A DNA stretch of 64,000 nucleotides from Alphaproteobacteria bacterium (GTDB lineage: Bacteria > Pseudomonadota > Alphaproteobacteria > SP197). Both the position numbers and the translations under genes were made by a program. Below, piece by piece: positions 29,295 through 40,106 of this stretch (position 1 is its first letter; the number at the start of each line of letters is the position of its first letter). The stretch is from assembly GCA_964291415.2 (NCBI GenBank), contig OZ219918.1, positions 192,001 to 256,000 on the forward strand. The letters are read 5' to 3'. The notes below the pieces were generated by a model that saw nothing but the letters and a program-made list of their open reading frames with translations, ran no database searches and was not told the DNA's origin.

Positions 29295-30424
29295 TGAAGG
29301 GACCGGTTCTCTTCTGGGTTCAGCATCTCCTGGGGAGTGGCCATCTCAAGCGCGTGGCGCGCATCGCGTCGGTGCTGGCCGAGAGCGGCACGGCGTCGGT
29401 GATCGCGTCGGGAGGCATGCCCGTGGCGACCCTCGATACGGGAAAGGCCCGTCTCGTCCAGTTGCCTGCGATCCGTGCCGGCGATGAGGGATTCTCGACG
29501 CTGGTTGACGACGCCGGGAGGCGGGTGGACGAGGCCTGTTTCGACGAGCGCGGCCGGCGCCTCGAAGACCTGGTCCGCCATCTGGATGCGCGCCTAATCG
29601 TCACCGAGACATGGCCGTTTGGCCGGCGCACGTTCACACCGGAAGTGCTGGCCCTCATCGATGCCGCCCGCCGTCATCGTCCAGACACGGTGGTGGTCAG
29701 TTCGGTGCGGGACATTCTTCAGCGTCCGTCGAGGCCCGAACGCCACGACGCGATGCGCGACCTGGCGCTGCAGCACTGCAATCACGTGATGGTGCACGGA
29801 GCCGAGCGCTTCGTGCCGTTCGGGGAGACCTTCCGACATGCGGGAGCTCTCGACCACCGGCTCCACTACACGGGCTACGTTGCCGACGTGCCGCCGTCCG
29901 TCAGCGATTGCGGACCCGGGCGGGACGAAGTCGTGGTGTCTGCTGGTGGCGGGGCCGTTGGAAGGGGGCTCTTCGAGGCAGCCATGGCGGCGGCGCCCCA
30001 TTCGAAACGGGCATGCCGGAGACGATGGCGCCTGCTCGTCGGCGACAGCGGCATCGTTCCGCGCGATGATCAGCGCATGGTCATCGAAGCCAACCGGCCC
30101 GACTTTCCCGAGCTTCTTCACCGCTGCGCCGTTTCGGTATCGCAGGGCGGCTACAACACGGTGGCGGAGCTCCTTGGCGCCCGCGCCCGGGCCGTCGTGG
30201 CGCCATGGTCGGGGGCCGGCGAAACCGAACAGAAGGAGCGCGCCGAGCACTTGCGCCGTCGCCGGCTTGCCGTGGTCCTCGATGACACGGCGCTGACGCC
30301 CCGAGGCATGGCCAGGGCTGTCGATGAAGCCTTCGATCTCGGGCCCGGCAACATGGAGGACATCGGCCTCGATGGCGCCCGCGAGAGTGCCAGGTTGATC
30401 CGTGAGTGGCTGCGCCATGGCTGA
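29291..30424 (+). CDS. Predicted GT-B glycosyltransferase (COG4671-like)
   Basis: VQHLLGSGH, SSVRDIL, SAGGGAVG, SQGGYNT, EQKERA. Confidence 0.85.
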   Translation: MMKGPVLFWVQHLLGSGHLKRVARIASVLAESGTASVIASGGMPVATLDTGKARLVQLPAIRAGDEGFSTLVDDAGRRVDEACFDERGRRLEDLVRHLDARLIVTETWPFGRRTFTPEVLALIDAARRHRPDTVVVSSVRDILQRPSRPERHDAMRDLALQHCNHVMVHGAERFVPFGETFRHAGALDHRLHYTGYVADVPPSVSDCGPGRDEVVVSAGGGAVGRGLFEAAMAAAPHSKRACRRRWRLLVGDSGIVPRDDQRMVIEANRPDFPELLHRCAVSVSQGGYNTVAELLGARARAVVAPWSGAGETEQKERAEHLRRRRLAVVLDDTALTPRGMARAVDEAFDLGPGNMEDIGLDGARESARLIREWLRHG

Positions 30425-31193
30425 CTGGACGGCCCTGGCGCGGGAGCTCGACGCATGGGCGCAAGCCGGGCAAACGGCGACGTTCTGGTGGCGCGACGAC
30501 GATGCCGGGGCCGATGCCGCGAAACTGAAGAAGCTCCTTCATCTGCGGCAGGGTCTGGGCGTACCCCTTGCCATGGCCGTGGTGCCGGACTGGCTGACGC
30601 CCGACGTCGCTTCACTCATCGCCGGGGTGGGCGACATCCATGTGTTGCAGCACGGCGTCGCCCATGCCGACCACAGCGAGGGCAGGGGGCGCAGAATGGA
30701 GCTCTGCGCCGGGGCCCTGCCTTCCGGTCTCCGGCAAGCCCTGATACGGTCGCGCAACGTGCTTCGCACAACCTTCCCGTCGTCCCTGATCGAGGTCATG
30801 GTGCCCCCGTGGAACAGGATCGACGAGGCGGTTCTCTCCATCCTTGCCGGGAGCGGATTTCTTGGTCTGTCGACACTCGGTCCACGGAGAGGCGCACGAG
30901 AGCACGGTCTCGTCGTCAACAACGTTCACATCGATATCATCGACTGGAAGGCCGGGAGCCGGTTCGCCGGCGACGAGGCCTGCCTTGAGGCATCTATCCG
31001 GCATCTCGAGAGCCGCCGCCGCGGCGCCGCGGACCCTGCGGAGGCCACCGGACTGATGACCCATCATCTCGTCCACGACGTGGCATGCCATGCCTTCATC
31101 GACCGGTTCGTCCAGACCGTTGCGCGGCACCCGGCGTGCCGCTGGCTTTCCGCCGGCACGGTGTTTGACGCCGCCGGGAGAGCGGATCCATGA
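30417..31193 (+). CDS. Polysaccharide deacetylase family protein
   Basis: FWWRDDDA, QHGVAH, VPPWNRI, GLMTHH. Confidence 0.82.
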   Translation: MADWTALARELDAWAQAGQTATFWWRDDDAGADAAKLKKLLHLRQGLGVPLAMAVVPDWLTPDVASLIAGVGDIHVLQHGVAHADHSEGRGRRMELCAGALPSGLRQALIRSRNVLRTTFPSSLIEVMVPPWNRIDEAVLSILAGSGFLGLSTLGPRRGAREHGLVVNNVHIDIIDWKAGSRFAGDEACLEASIRHLESRRRGAADPAEATGLMTHHLVHDVACHAFIDRFVQTVARHPACRWLSAGTVFDAAGRADP

Positions 31194-31723
31194 ATGAGCC
31201 CGGAGTCCTGCGCTATGACACCCGGAGCATCGCAGCCGACTATGCGCGCGCGGCGTTCGGGGCCGTGGTGTGTCTCGCGCCGCCGCTGCTTGTGGACGTG
31301 ACTGCCGTGCTGGCGTGGATCCTGGTGGCGGTGGGGGCGCTGTTCGTGGCGTTCGGCCTCAGAACCCTGCTGCGCCACCTGACCGTCTATGAGTTCTCGC
31401 CGGAAGGGATCAGAGCCGCGGGGCCCCTTGGCGCCACGGTCTCCTGGAAGAATCTGACAGCCATCAATCTCGCCTACTTCCAGACCCGCCCACGGCGGAA
31501 AGTCATTGTAAAGTCCCCCGGAGGCTGGATGGAGCTCACCCTTCGCGAGGGCCGCCGGACCATCAAGATCGATTCCTCTCTTGAAGGATTCGATGATGTC
31601 GTCGGCGAGGCCGCCCGGGTCGCCCGCGAGCGCGGACTGACGCTCAACCCGGTCACCCTCGCCAACCTGGCAGCCATGGGGTTCGTCCACGCGGCGGAAG
31701 AGGGCGAGGGGATGTCGTCGTGA
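31190..31723 (+). CDS. Hypothetical membrane protein (2 TM + soluble domain)
   Basis: Overlaps both neighbouring genes by 4 nt; two hydrophobic helices. Confidence 0.7.
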   Translation: MNEPGVLRYDTRSIAADYARAAFGAVVCLAPPLLVDVTAVLAWILVAVGALFVAFGLRTLLRHLTVYEFSPEGIRAAGPLGATVSWKNLTAINLAYFQTRPRRKVIVKSPGGWMELTLREGRRTIKIDSSLEGFDDVVGEAARVARERGLTLNPVTLANLAAMGFVHAAEEGEGMSS

Positions 31724-33588
31724 CCCCTCTCATCGAGGTCAGCGATCTCCACATCCGCTTCCGGGTCGGCGACGGCACCGTCGAGGCTGTCAAGGGGGCG
31801 TCGCTCACCATGTGGCCGGCGCGCACCCTTGCTCTGGTCGGTGAATCGGGCTCCGGCAAGACCGTGATTTCCCAGGCGATCATGCGCATTCTGCCGCGCG
31901 CAGCCGAGATCACGTCGGGCCGCATCCTGTTTCACGATCCTCACAACCGTGATGGAGCGCCGGTCGACATCGTCTCCCTCGAGGAGAATGGCCGGGCGAT
32001 GAGAGCCATTCGTGGCGGCCGCATATCGGTGATCTTCCAGGAGCCCATGACGTCCCTCTCGCCGTTGCACACGGTGGGTGACCAGGTCGGCGAAGCCCTC
32101 CATCTCCACCGCCGCTGCTCAAGGGCCGAAGGCCGTGAACTGACCATCGACATGCTGCGTCTCGCCGGTTTTCCGGACGCGCGCGCCGCCTTCAACAGCT
32201 ACCCCTTCGAACTCTCGGGCGGCCTGCGCCAGCGCGCCATGATCGCCATGGCGCTGGTCTGTCGTCCGGCGTTGCTGATCGCCGACGAACCCACCACCGC
32301 TCTCGATGTCACCGTCCAGGCGCAGATCCTCAAGCTGGTGAACGACCTCAAGGCCGAACTGTCCATGGCGGTGCTGATGATCACCCATGATCTGGGCGTC
32401 GTCGCCAACGTCGCCGAGGACATCGTGGTCATGTACCACGGCAGGATCATGGAGCGGGGCTCCCTCGACGACATCTTCCATCGGGCCCGCCATCCCTATC
32501 TCAAGGGACTGCTGGCGGCCGTGCCCCGCTTCGGTCTTCGCCCCGGGGAGCGACTGGTCCCGCTGCGCGAGATACCGATGGCGAACGTTGCTTCCATGGG
32601 CCGGGCGGGAGCTCGCAGGGACACCGGCGAAGCGCTGCTTTCGGTGGAGGGGCTGACCAAGACATTCACCACCCGCAAGTCCGGGCTGCTGTCCCCCGCC
32701 AGACCCCCCCATGTTGCGGTCAACGACGTCAGTTTCGAGGTGCGGCGCGGCGAGTGCCTTGGTCTGGTCGGCGAGTCGGGATGCGGCAAGACCACGACAA
32801 GCAAGCTCATACTGAAGGCGCTGGATCCCGATGCGGGGACCATCACCTACTTTGACGACGGCGAGCCACGGGACGTCTTTGCCCTGAAGGACGCGGACCT
32901 CTTCGCCTACCGCAGGAAGGTGCAGTTCATCTTCCAGGACCCCTTCGGATCGCTCAATCCGCGCATGACGGTGTTCGACATCATCGTCGAACCGCTGCTG
33001 ATTCACGGTGTGGGCAACGCCGAAGCGCGCGCCGACAGGGTCAAGGACCTCATCAATGTCGTCGGCCTGGATGTCCGCCACCTGCGCCGCTATCCGCACA
33101 GTTTTTCGGGCGGGCAACGCCAGCGGATCGGCATCGCCCGGGCCCTTGCCCTCGAACCGGAGCTGCTGATCTGCGATGAGCCGGTCTCTGCTCTCGACGT
33201 CTCGATCCAGGCGCAGGTTCTCAACCTGCTGAAGGACCTGCAACGGGAGATGGGGCTCACCTACATCTTCATTTCGCACAATCTCGCCGTGGTCGACTAC
33301 ATGGCCGACCGCATTGCCGTGATGTGCGCCGGGCGCCTCGTCGAGCAGGCGAACCGCGAGGAACTCTTCGGCAATCCGGTGCATCCCTACACAAGGGCCC
33401 TGCTCGCCGCGGTTCCGGAGCCCGACCCTGAACGCCAGCTTGACCTGTCGCTCCTCATGGAAGGACGCGCCTCCGTTCCGGCGGAATGGCCCGAGCCCTT
33501 CACGGAGACCGGTGGTCTCGGGATCGTGCGCGTCGGCGACAATCACTGGGTGCGGGCCACGGCAGCGCCGGGGGACGTCCGCTCATGA
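31720..33588 (+). CDS. Peptide/nickel-type ABC transporter, double ATPase
   Basis: GESGSGKT and GESGCGKT Walker A motifs, LSGGLRQR and [24 protein letters not shown]. Confidence 0.92.
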   Translation: MTPLIEVSDLHIRFRVGDGTVEAVKGASLTMWPARTLALVGESGSGKTVISQAIMRILPRAAEITSGRILFHDPHNRDGAPVDIVSLEENGRAMRAIRGGRISVIFQEPMTSLSPLHTVGDQVGEALHLHRRCSRAEGRELTIDMLRLAGFPDARAAFNSYPFELSGGLRQRAMIAMALVCRPALLIADEPTTALDVTVQAQILKLVNDLKAELSMAVLMITHDLGVVANVAEDIVVMYHGRIMERGSLDDIFHRARHPYLKGLLAAVPRFGLRPGERLVPLREIPMANVASMGRAGARRDTGEALLSVEGLTKTFTTRKSGLLSPARPPHVAVNDVSFEVRRGECLGLVGESGCGKTTTSKLILKALDPDAGTITYFDDGEPRDVFALKDADLFAYRRKVQFIFQDPFGSLNPRMTVFDIIVEPLLIHGVGNAEARADRVKDLINVVGLDVRHLRRYPHSFSGGQRQRIGIARALALEPELLICDEPVSALDVSIQAQVLNLLKDLQREMGLTYIFISHNLAVVDYMADRIAVMCAGRLVEQANREELFGNPVHPYTRALLAAVPEPDPERQLDLSLLMEGRASVPAEWPEPFTETGGLGIVRVGDNHWVRATAAPGDVRS

Positions 33589-35471
33589 GCGGGCGTGCCG
33601 TCGCGGCGCTCCTCGTGGCGTTTCTTGCCATGCCGGCCCTGGCGTCCGAGGTGCCCTGGCTTGCGGAACGGGTCGCTGCCGGCGATCTGCCGCCCCTTCG
33701 CGAGCGTCTGCCGGATGACCCTCTCGTCGTCGACGACGGCCGGGAAACCGGCGACTACGGCGGCGACTGGAACATGCTGATCGCCCGCAGCAAGGACACG
33801 CGTATTCTCGCGGTCTTCGGCTACGCCCGGCTCGTCGGATACGACGCAACCTTCACCCTGGTGCCGGATCTCCTCGAATCCTTCACTGTCGAGGACGGGC
33901 GCATCTTCACCTTCCGCCTGCGCCGCGGCCACCGATGGTCGGACGGTCATCCCTTCACCTCCGAGGATTTTCGCTACTGGTGGGAGGATGTTGCGGGCAA
34001 CCCGGAGCTCTCTCCGTCGGGCCCGCCGACTGTCATGCGCGCCGGCGGCGCCTTGCCTGTCTTCGAAGTCATCGGCGACGAGACCGTGCGCTACACCTGG
34101 CCCGCTCCCAACCCCGATTTCCTGCCGGCGCTGGCCGGCGCGGCGCCGCTCTTCATCTACCGTCCGGCGCACTACATGAAGCAGTTCCACGTGGATCATG
34201 GTGATGTCGAGGCGATTGCGCGCCAGGCCGCCGAGGCCGGCAAGCCCGGCTGGGCATCGCTCCACAACGCCCACGACAACCTCTATCGCTTCGACAATCC
34301 CGACCTTCCCACGCTGCAGCCATGGGCCATCACCAACGAGGCGCCGGCGCAGCGGTTCATCGCCGAGCGCAATCCCTTCTTTCACAAGGTGGACGCCCGG
34401 GGCCGGCAGCTCCCCTACATCGACCGCGTCGTCATGACCGTCGTCGACAGCAAGCTCATCCCCCTCAAGACGTGGGCGGGAGAAGCCGACCTTCAGGTAC
34501 GGGGACTTGCCTTCAACGACTACACCTTCCTGAAGGAAGGAGAGGAGCACAACGACTACCGGGTGCGGCTGTGGCAGACGGCGAGAGGAAGCCAGCTCGC
34601 GCTCTATCCCAATCTCAACGTGGCCGATCCGGTGTGGCGCACGGTGCTGCGGGACCTCCGCTTCCGGCGGGCCCTTTCGCTGGCCATCAACCGCCGGGAG
34701 ATCAACCAGGTCATCTACTTCGGTCTCGGCATCGAAGGGCAGAACACGGTTCTTCCCGCATCGCCTCTCCACCGCTCCGAGTTCCGGGATGCATGGGCCC
34801 GGTTCGATCTCGAGGAGGCCAACCGGCTGCTCGACGACATGGGGCTCGTCGACGACGACGGCATGCGTCTGCTTCCCGATGGCAGACCGCTGGAAGTCAT
34901 CGTCGAGACCGCGGGCGAGAACCCCGAAGAAACCGACATACTCGAACTGATCCACGATTCATGGGCAGCGGCCGGAATCAAGCTCTATCCCAAGCCCCTG
35001 CAGCGCGAGGTCCTGCGCAACCGCATATTCGCCGGAAAGACCGTGATGGCCATGTGGTTCGGCAACGAGAACGGCGTGCCCGCGGCCGACATGAGCCCCG
35101 GCGAGTTCGCCCCCACCACCCAGCAGCTGCTGATGTGGCCGCGGTGGGGCCAGTACCACGAAACCGGAGGCGCCGCCGGGGAGCCCATCGACATGGAGGC
35201 GCCGCGCCGCCTCATGGATCTCTATCTGGCCTGGCGCGCCAGCCGGACCTCCGACGAGCGCCGGAGCATCTGGGACGAGATGCTGGAGATCTACTGCGAC
35301 GGCGTCTACTCCATCGGTCTGGTTGCCGGAATCCTCCAGCCCCTAGCCGTCTCGAACCGGATGAGGAACGTGCCGGAGGAAGCCATCTACAACTGGGATC
35401 CCGGAGCCCAGCTCGGCGTGTGGCAACCCGACACGTTCTTCTTCGTCGATGGCGACGACGGCCGGCCATGA
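33585..35471 (+). CDS. ABC transporter substrate-binding protein (family 5)
   Basis: Signal peptide, LPPLRERLP, WSDGHPFT, RNPFFHKVD..GRQLPYID. Confidence 0.9.
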   Translation: MSGRAVAALLVAFLAMPALASEVPWLAERVAAGDLPPLRERLPDDPLVVDDGRETGDYGGDWNMLIARSKDTRILAVFGYARLVGYDATFTLVPDLLESFTVEDGRIFTFRLRRGHRWSDGHPFTSEDFRYWWEDVAGNPELSPSGPPTVMRAGGALPVFEVIGDETVRYTWPAPNPDFLPALAGAAPLFIYRPAHYMKQFHVDHGDVEAIARQAAEAGKPGWASLHNAHDNLYRFDNPDLPTLQPWAITNEAPAQRFIAERNPFFHKVDARGRQLPYIDRVVMTVVDSKLIPLKTWAGEADLQVRGLAFNDYTFLKEGEEHNDYRVRLWQTARGSQLALYPNLNVADPVWRTVLRDLRFRRALSLAINRREINQVIYFGLGIEGQNTVLPASPLHRSEFRDAWARFDLEEANRLLDDMGLVDDDGMRLLPDGRPLEVIVETAGENPEETDILELIHDSWAAAGIKLYPKPLQREVLRNRIFAGKTVMAMWFGNENGVPAADMSPGEFAPTTQQLLMWPRWGQYHETGGAAGEPIDMEAPRRLMDLYLAWRASRTSDERRSIWDEMLEIYCDGVYSIGLVAGILQPLAVSNRMRNVPEEAIYNWDPGAQLGVWQPDTFFFVDGDDGRP

Positions 35472-36466
35472 TCGCCTTCACCGTCCACCGGCTCATCATC
35501 ATGGTGCCGACGCTGATCGGCATCAGCCTCATCACCTTCATCATCATCCAGCTGCCGCCCGGCGACTTCCTGTCGACCATGATCGCCGAATGCGAGGCCC
35601 AGGGTGAATCGGGCTGCATGGAACAGATCGGCATCTACCGCCAGGAGTTCGGCCTCGACCGGCCCATGTGGCAGCAGTACGTGATCTGGGTCGCCGACCT
35701 TGTCCAGGGCGACATGGGAATCAGCTTCGAATACAACAAGCCGGTGGCCGAGGTCATAGGCGAGAGTCTCTGGCTCACCATCATTGTTTCCGGCGCGACC
35801 ATCATCTTCACCTGGGTCGTCGCCTTTCCCATCGGCATCTACTCGGCGACCCACCAGTACTCCTGGGGCGATCACGGTCTCACCTTCCTCGGATTTCTGG
35901 GTCTGGCCACGCCCAATTTCCTGCTGGCCCTGGTGCTGCTGTTCCTCGGCAACGTGTGGTTCGGGACGTCGATCGGCGGCCTCATGGATCCCGTCTACAT
36001 CGATCAGCCGTGGACCTGGGGCAAGTTCCTCTCGATCCTGGAACACCTGTGGATTCCGGTGGTGGTGATCGGCACCTCCGGCACGGCGGGCATGATCCGC
36101 CGCCTGCGCGCCAATCTGCTTGACGAACTCCACAAACAGTACGTCGTCACGGCGAAGGCGAAGGGGCTGCATCCGACGAGAGTGCTCGTCCGCTACCCGC
36201 TGCGCATGGCCCTCAATCCGTTCATCGCGGATATCGGCAACCTGCTTCCCCAGGTCATCTCCGGAGCGGTCATCGTGTCGGTGGTGCTGTCGCTCCCCAC
36301 CACCGGCCCCATTCTGCTGCGTGCCCTGCAGACCCAGGACATGTATCTCGCCGGCTCGTTCCTGATGTGCCTGGCACTGCTGACCGTCCTCGGGGTGCTG
36401 GTCTCCGATCTGCTGCTGGCGCTGCTCGATCCGCGCATCCGGCTGGGCGCGAGCGGGAACCGGTGA
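35468..36466 (+). CDS. ABC transporter permease (DppB-like)
   Basis: IIQLPPGD, GLDRP, YVVTAKAKGL, LDPRIR; start reassigned to the ATG at 35468. Confidence 0.9.
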   Translation: MIAFTVHRLIIMVPTLIGISLITFIIIQLPPGDFLSTMIAECEAQGESGCMEQIGIYRQEFGLDRPMWQQYVIWVADLVQGDMGISFEYNKPVAEVIGESLWLTIIVSGATIIFTWVVAFPIGIYSATHQYSWGDHGLTFLGFLGLATPNFLLALVLLFLGNVWFGTSIGGLMDPVYIDQPWTWGKFLSILEHLWIPVVVIGTSGTAGMIRRLRANLLDELHKQYVVTAKAKGLHPTRVLVRYPLRMALNPFIADIGNLLPQVISGAVIVSVVLSLPTTGPILLRALQTQDMYLAGSFLMCLALLTVLGVLVSDLLLALLDPRIRLGASGNR

Positions 36467-37629
36467 TGCGCGGCGCACCCGGCCAGGGCGATCACTGGAC
36501 CGACACCCGGCCGTGGGACCCTCATGACGTCGACAGGCTGACGCCGGAACTGGAGCGCTTCTATCTCGCCAACCAGTGGACGCTGATGTGGTGGAAGTTC
36601 CGCCGCCACCGCCTCGCCGTCATCTCCGGCATCATTCTTCTGGCGACGTTCCTTTCCATCGCCATTTCGGAGATTCTCGCCCCCTACAATCTGCATACGC
36701 GCAACACCGATCACATCTATGCGCCGCCGCAGATGGTGCGGCTGTTTCACGAAGGCCGGTTCGTCGGACCCTTCGTCTACGGCTACGACTACCACCTCGA
36801 CATGTCCAACCTGCAGCGGGTCTACACCCCGGACCGGACCCGGATCGAACGCCTGCGGTTCTTCTGCCTGGGCGATGCGTACACGTTCTGGGGCATGGTC
36901 GAGATGCGCTTCCACGTCGTCTGTCCGGCCGAGGGCGGCACGCTCTTCCTGCTGGGGACCGACAGGCTGGGACGCGACCTGCTGTCGAGAATCCTCATGG
37001 GCGCCCGGATTTCGCTCACCGTGGGCCTCATCGGCATCGCCATCAGCTTCCTTCTGGGCATCGTCCTGGGTGGCCTTTCGGGCTACTACGGCGGCTGGGT
37101 CGACAGCCTTGTCCAGCGCACGATCGAGATCATTCGCAGCTTCCCGGAACTGCCCTTGTGGATGGCGTTGTCGGCGGCCCTGCCGATCACCTGGAGTCCG
37201 GTCCTGGTCTACTTCGGCATCACCATCATTCTCGGTCTCTTCGACTGGACCGGTCTGGCGCGGGCCGTGCGTTCCAAACTGCTGGCCCTGCGGGAGGAGG
37301 ACTTTGCCACGGCCGCCGTGCTCATGGGTGCGAAGCCGTCACGGGTGATCTTCCGTCACCTGCTTCCCGGTTTCACCAGCCATCTCATTGCCTCGGCGAC
37401 CCTGTCCGTTCCCGGCATGATCCTCGGCGAGACGGCGCTCTCCTTCCTGGGCCTGGGCCTGAGGCCGCCGATCACGAGCTGGGGCGTTCTCCTGAACGAG
37501 GCCCAGAACATCAACATCGTGGCGCTCTACCCCTGGCTCATGCTGCCGGTCGTGCCCGTCATCATTGTCGTTCTCGCCTTCAACTTTCTCGGCGACGGAT
37601 TGCGCGACGCCGCCGATCCCTATCGCTGA
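36466..37629 (+). CDS. ABC transporter permease (DppC-like)
   Basis: LGTDRLGRD, ETALSFLGLG, NFLGDGLRDAADP. Confidence 0.9.
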   Translation: MRGAPGQGDHWTDTRPWDPHDVDRLTPELERFYLANQWTLMWWKFRRHRLAVISGIILLATFLSIAISEILAPYNLHTRNTDHIYAPPQMVRLFHEGRFVGPFVYGYDYHLDMSNLQRVYTPDRTRIERLRFFCLGDAYTFWGMVEMRFHVVCPAEGGTLFLLGTDRLGRDLLSRILMGARISLTVGLIGIAISFLLGIVLGGLSGYYGGWVDSLVQRTIEIIRSFPELPLWMALSAALPITWSPVLVYFGITIILGLFDWTGLARAVRSKLLALREEDFATAAVLMGAKPSRVIFRHLLPGFTSHLIASATLSVPGMILGETALSFLGLGLRPPITSWGVLLNEAQNINIVALYPWLMLPVVPVIIVVLAFNFLGDGLRDAADPYR

Positions 37630-38742
37630 TCAGCCGTCGAGGCGGTATTCGCTGAAGACGATCCTGCCGGCATAAGGGGCGCGGGCGACGCGCATGACGC
37701 GCTCCGTCGTATCCATGATCACCGTGGCGACGGTTGACGAGGGCTCCATGTCCCCCTGGCTGTCGGCGCCGGGGGAGGCGAGAACGGCCGACGGCGCTCC
37801 CCATGTATCGGCGAAGGCCTCCTCCACGTCGGCGCACGTGATGTGGCCAAGGCTCTGGCTGAGACGCCGCTCCACCCGGCTGTCGCGGTAGATCGAACTG
37901 GGCGCCTGGGCAAGGCCCGTGTCGATCACCCGGGCCCGCGCCGCGGCGGTGCGGAAATGATTGGCGTGAACAAGGAGCCCGCGCCCGGGCTTCTCCCAGA
38001 AAACTTCCTGGGGTGTCGTCTCGAGGTCCACGGCCTCGCCCGCCGCGTCGGAGATCATCAGGTTGGCGGGGAAGGATCGCCTTGCATTGAGAACGCAGCC
38101 CAGGGCCACCGCGAGCCCGGCCGATTCGAGAATCCGGCGGCGGATGAACGGGATCGGCACGGCGTCTTGCGGGGGAGATCCGGGACAGGCCAGGAAATTG
38201 CCGGTGACGGCGATCCCGTGGCTGTTCATGCCGGCGCGGGCGACGATTCCCGCCTCCACGAAGATCAGCAGCCGCAGGCCGTCCTCGCGTTCGATGCGCA
38301 GGACCACGGCCGTGTCCTTGCAGGCATCGAACCAGTCCCAGTTCTGACCGTGGAGAAGGTGCCCGTTGGCCGTTGCTTCCGGCAGGGCGACGGCGCCGGT
38401 GCAGCCGTCGGGACCGGCGATGCCGCCGAAATCATGAATGAGTTCGGTCCGGGCGTTGAGGGCGACAATGTCACCGATCGTCCGCTCCGCCCCCGCCGCC
38501 ATGCCGCGCATTTCCTCGACGACGGCCGAATCGAAGGCCTCGAGACGCGGCAGGTATCTGATGGCGATGCGGCGGACATCCTCCCAGTCGGCGTCAAGCA
38601 GCCGGTCGTAGAGGGCAATGCTCCTCGCGATCCTGTCGCCGCCCTGGCGCCCGATCGCCACCCCGCGCTCGAACGGCGGCCCCGCCGCCTCGATGAGAGG
38701 AAACGCCTCCGTCACGGCGCCCGCCGGGTCGTCATGACCCAA
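37630..38742 (-). CDS. Peptidase C45 family autoproteolytic acyltransferase/hydrolase
   Basis: EMRGMA, LNARTE, G-C autocleavage site DGCTG, GQNWDW, GMNSHG, HANHF. Confidence 0.85.
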   Translation of the reverse strand: MGHDDPAGAVTEAFPLIEAAGPPFERGVAIGRQGGDRIARSIALYDRLLDADWEDVRRIAIRYLPRLEAFDSAVVEEMRGMAAGAERTIGDIVALNARTELIHDFGGIAGPDGCTGAVALPEATANGHLLHGQNWDWFDACKDTAVVLRIEREDGLRLLIFVEAGIVARAGMNSHGIAVTGNFLACPGSPPQDAVPIPFIRRRILESAGLAVALGCVLNARRSFPANLMISDAAGEAVDLETTPQEVFWEKPGRGLLVHANHFRTAAARARVIDTGLAQAPSSIYRDSRVERRLSQSLGHITCADVEEAFADTWGAPSAVLASPGADSQGDMEPSSTVATVIMDTTERVMRVARAPYAGRIVFSEYRLDG

Positions 38743-38879
38743 TCAAGGGTCTCTGTGGGGTCTGGCGCGCGCATGTCCAAGCCACTCACCTTCACACCAT
38801 GGCTGCACGGATTCATTATGGAAGGCGAGCGCCGCGCCCGGCAAGTTCGCAAAAAGTCGTGCAACCCAATCCGGAGACC

Positions 38880-38959
38880 AGGAGAACCTTCAGGGGGTGG
38901 CGCCTCGTGCCATGCATTCCCGGTCCGACGGGCGCAATCAGGACGTCCGCGGCGACCAC
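38880..38959 (-). pseudogene. Possible remnant of a VapC/PIN toxin 5' end
   Basis: GTG GTC GCC GCG GAC GTC CTG ATT (VVAADVLI, compare MIAVDTNVL) overlaps the antitoxin 3' end; a shifted frame reads ARRTGNAWHEA. Confidence 0.35.
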
Positions 38960-39198
38960 CTCTCCGGTTGGTCCATCACGTCGCAGAGAGCGTTCCGGTC
39001 GCTGACGTCCACATTGGGCGGCCGGTCCCCCTTGACGGTTTTCAGCTGCATGCGGAACCGGTCCTTGCTGCGCTGCACCGTTGCGAGGCGCTCCCGCAGA
39101 GCGTCCTCGACAAATCTCGTGAGCGTGATCCCGTCTCGGGCAGCCAGATCGCGAGCCTGACGCAGAACCTGATCATTCAGATTGAGGGTAATCTTCAC
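38938..39198 (-). CDS. VapB-like ribbon-helix-helix antitoxin
   Basis: MKITLNLNDQVLRQAR..AARDGITLTRFVEDALR RHH pattern; C-terminal VDVSDRNAL. Confidence 0.75.
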   Translation of the reverse strand: MKITLNLNDQVLRQARDLAARDGITLTRFVEDALRERLATVQRSKDRFRMQLKTVKGDRPPNVDVSDRNALCDVMDQPERWSPRTS

Positions 39199-39522
39199 CA
39201 GGCTGCCGTCCTGAAGGAGAGGTGCAACCATATCACCGTGCAACCGGCGCCGGAAACGGCGCCCGCGAACGTCCATGGAAAACTGACGAAATCGTCACCT
39301 CTGCAGGTTGATCCATGCCGTCACCGGACGGGACAGACGATGCTGGCGGGTTGCGCTCCGGAGTGCCGCCGAACGGGAGAGACGGTGATCGCCAGGATCA
39401 CCCGTCTGCCCGTGAAGAGCAACAGCACCCTGTCTCGTTGTGGCATCAGGCTGACGATCCATCTGCGATTGCCGAAGCAGCACGAAGCCTTACAGTCCGC
39501 ATGTCGTTCAATGGAGATCATC

Positions 39523-40106
39523 ATGTCCGAGCAAGAAATTGCCGAACTCGAGCGGGAGATCTTCGATCTCACGGCGAGACTGAACAGGTTGCGCAAGGCG
39601 GCAGAGCCGAAGCCGGTGCCGGACTACCGCTTCGCGACCCTGAGTGGTGACGTCACGCTGCTCGAGCTCTTCGCGGACAGGCAGCACCTGCTTGCCATCC
39701 ACAACATGGGCCAGGGATGCCGCTTCTGCACCCTGTGGGCGGATGGCTTCAACGGCGTTCTGGCACACCTGGAATCTGTTATGTCCGTGGTGCTGCTGTC
39801 GCGGGATCCACCCAGCCTCCAGCGTGACTTCGCCAACTCCAGGAATTGGCGCTTCCGTCTCGCTTCTCACGGCGGCGGATCCTACATCCGCGAGCAGACC
39901 GTGTTGGATGGCGGGGACAACATGCCAGGGGCGGTCCTCTACGAGCGCTCTGGAGACCGGTGCTGCGCAGGAACAGCGTTGTCTTCGGTCCCGGTGACCT
40001 CTACTGCTCCCTGTGGAACCTGCTGGCTCTCGCCGGCATGGACGAAGACGACTGGAGACCCCAGTTTCGATACTGGACCCCTCCGGCGAAGCTGGATGAC
40101 GAGTAG
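39523..40106 (+). CDS. DUF899 family thioredoxin-like protein, frameshifted near 39960
   Basis: VPDYRF, VTLLELF, HNMGQGCRFCTLWADGFNG; continuation LRRNSVVFGPGDLYCSLW lies in another frame, ending at 40106. Confidence 0.75.

Noticed and set aside
34322-35467. Long N-terminal extension of the permease ORF
   Set aside because: Overlaps the SBP gene out of frame; the real start is the ATG at 35468.
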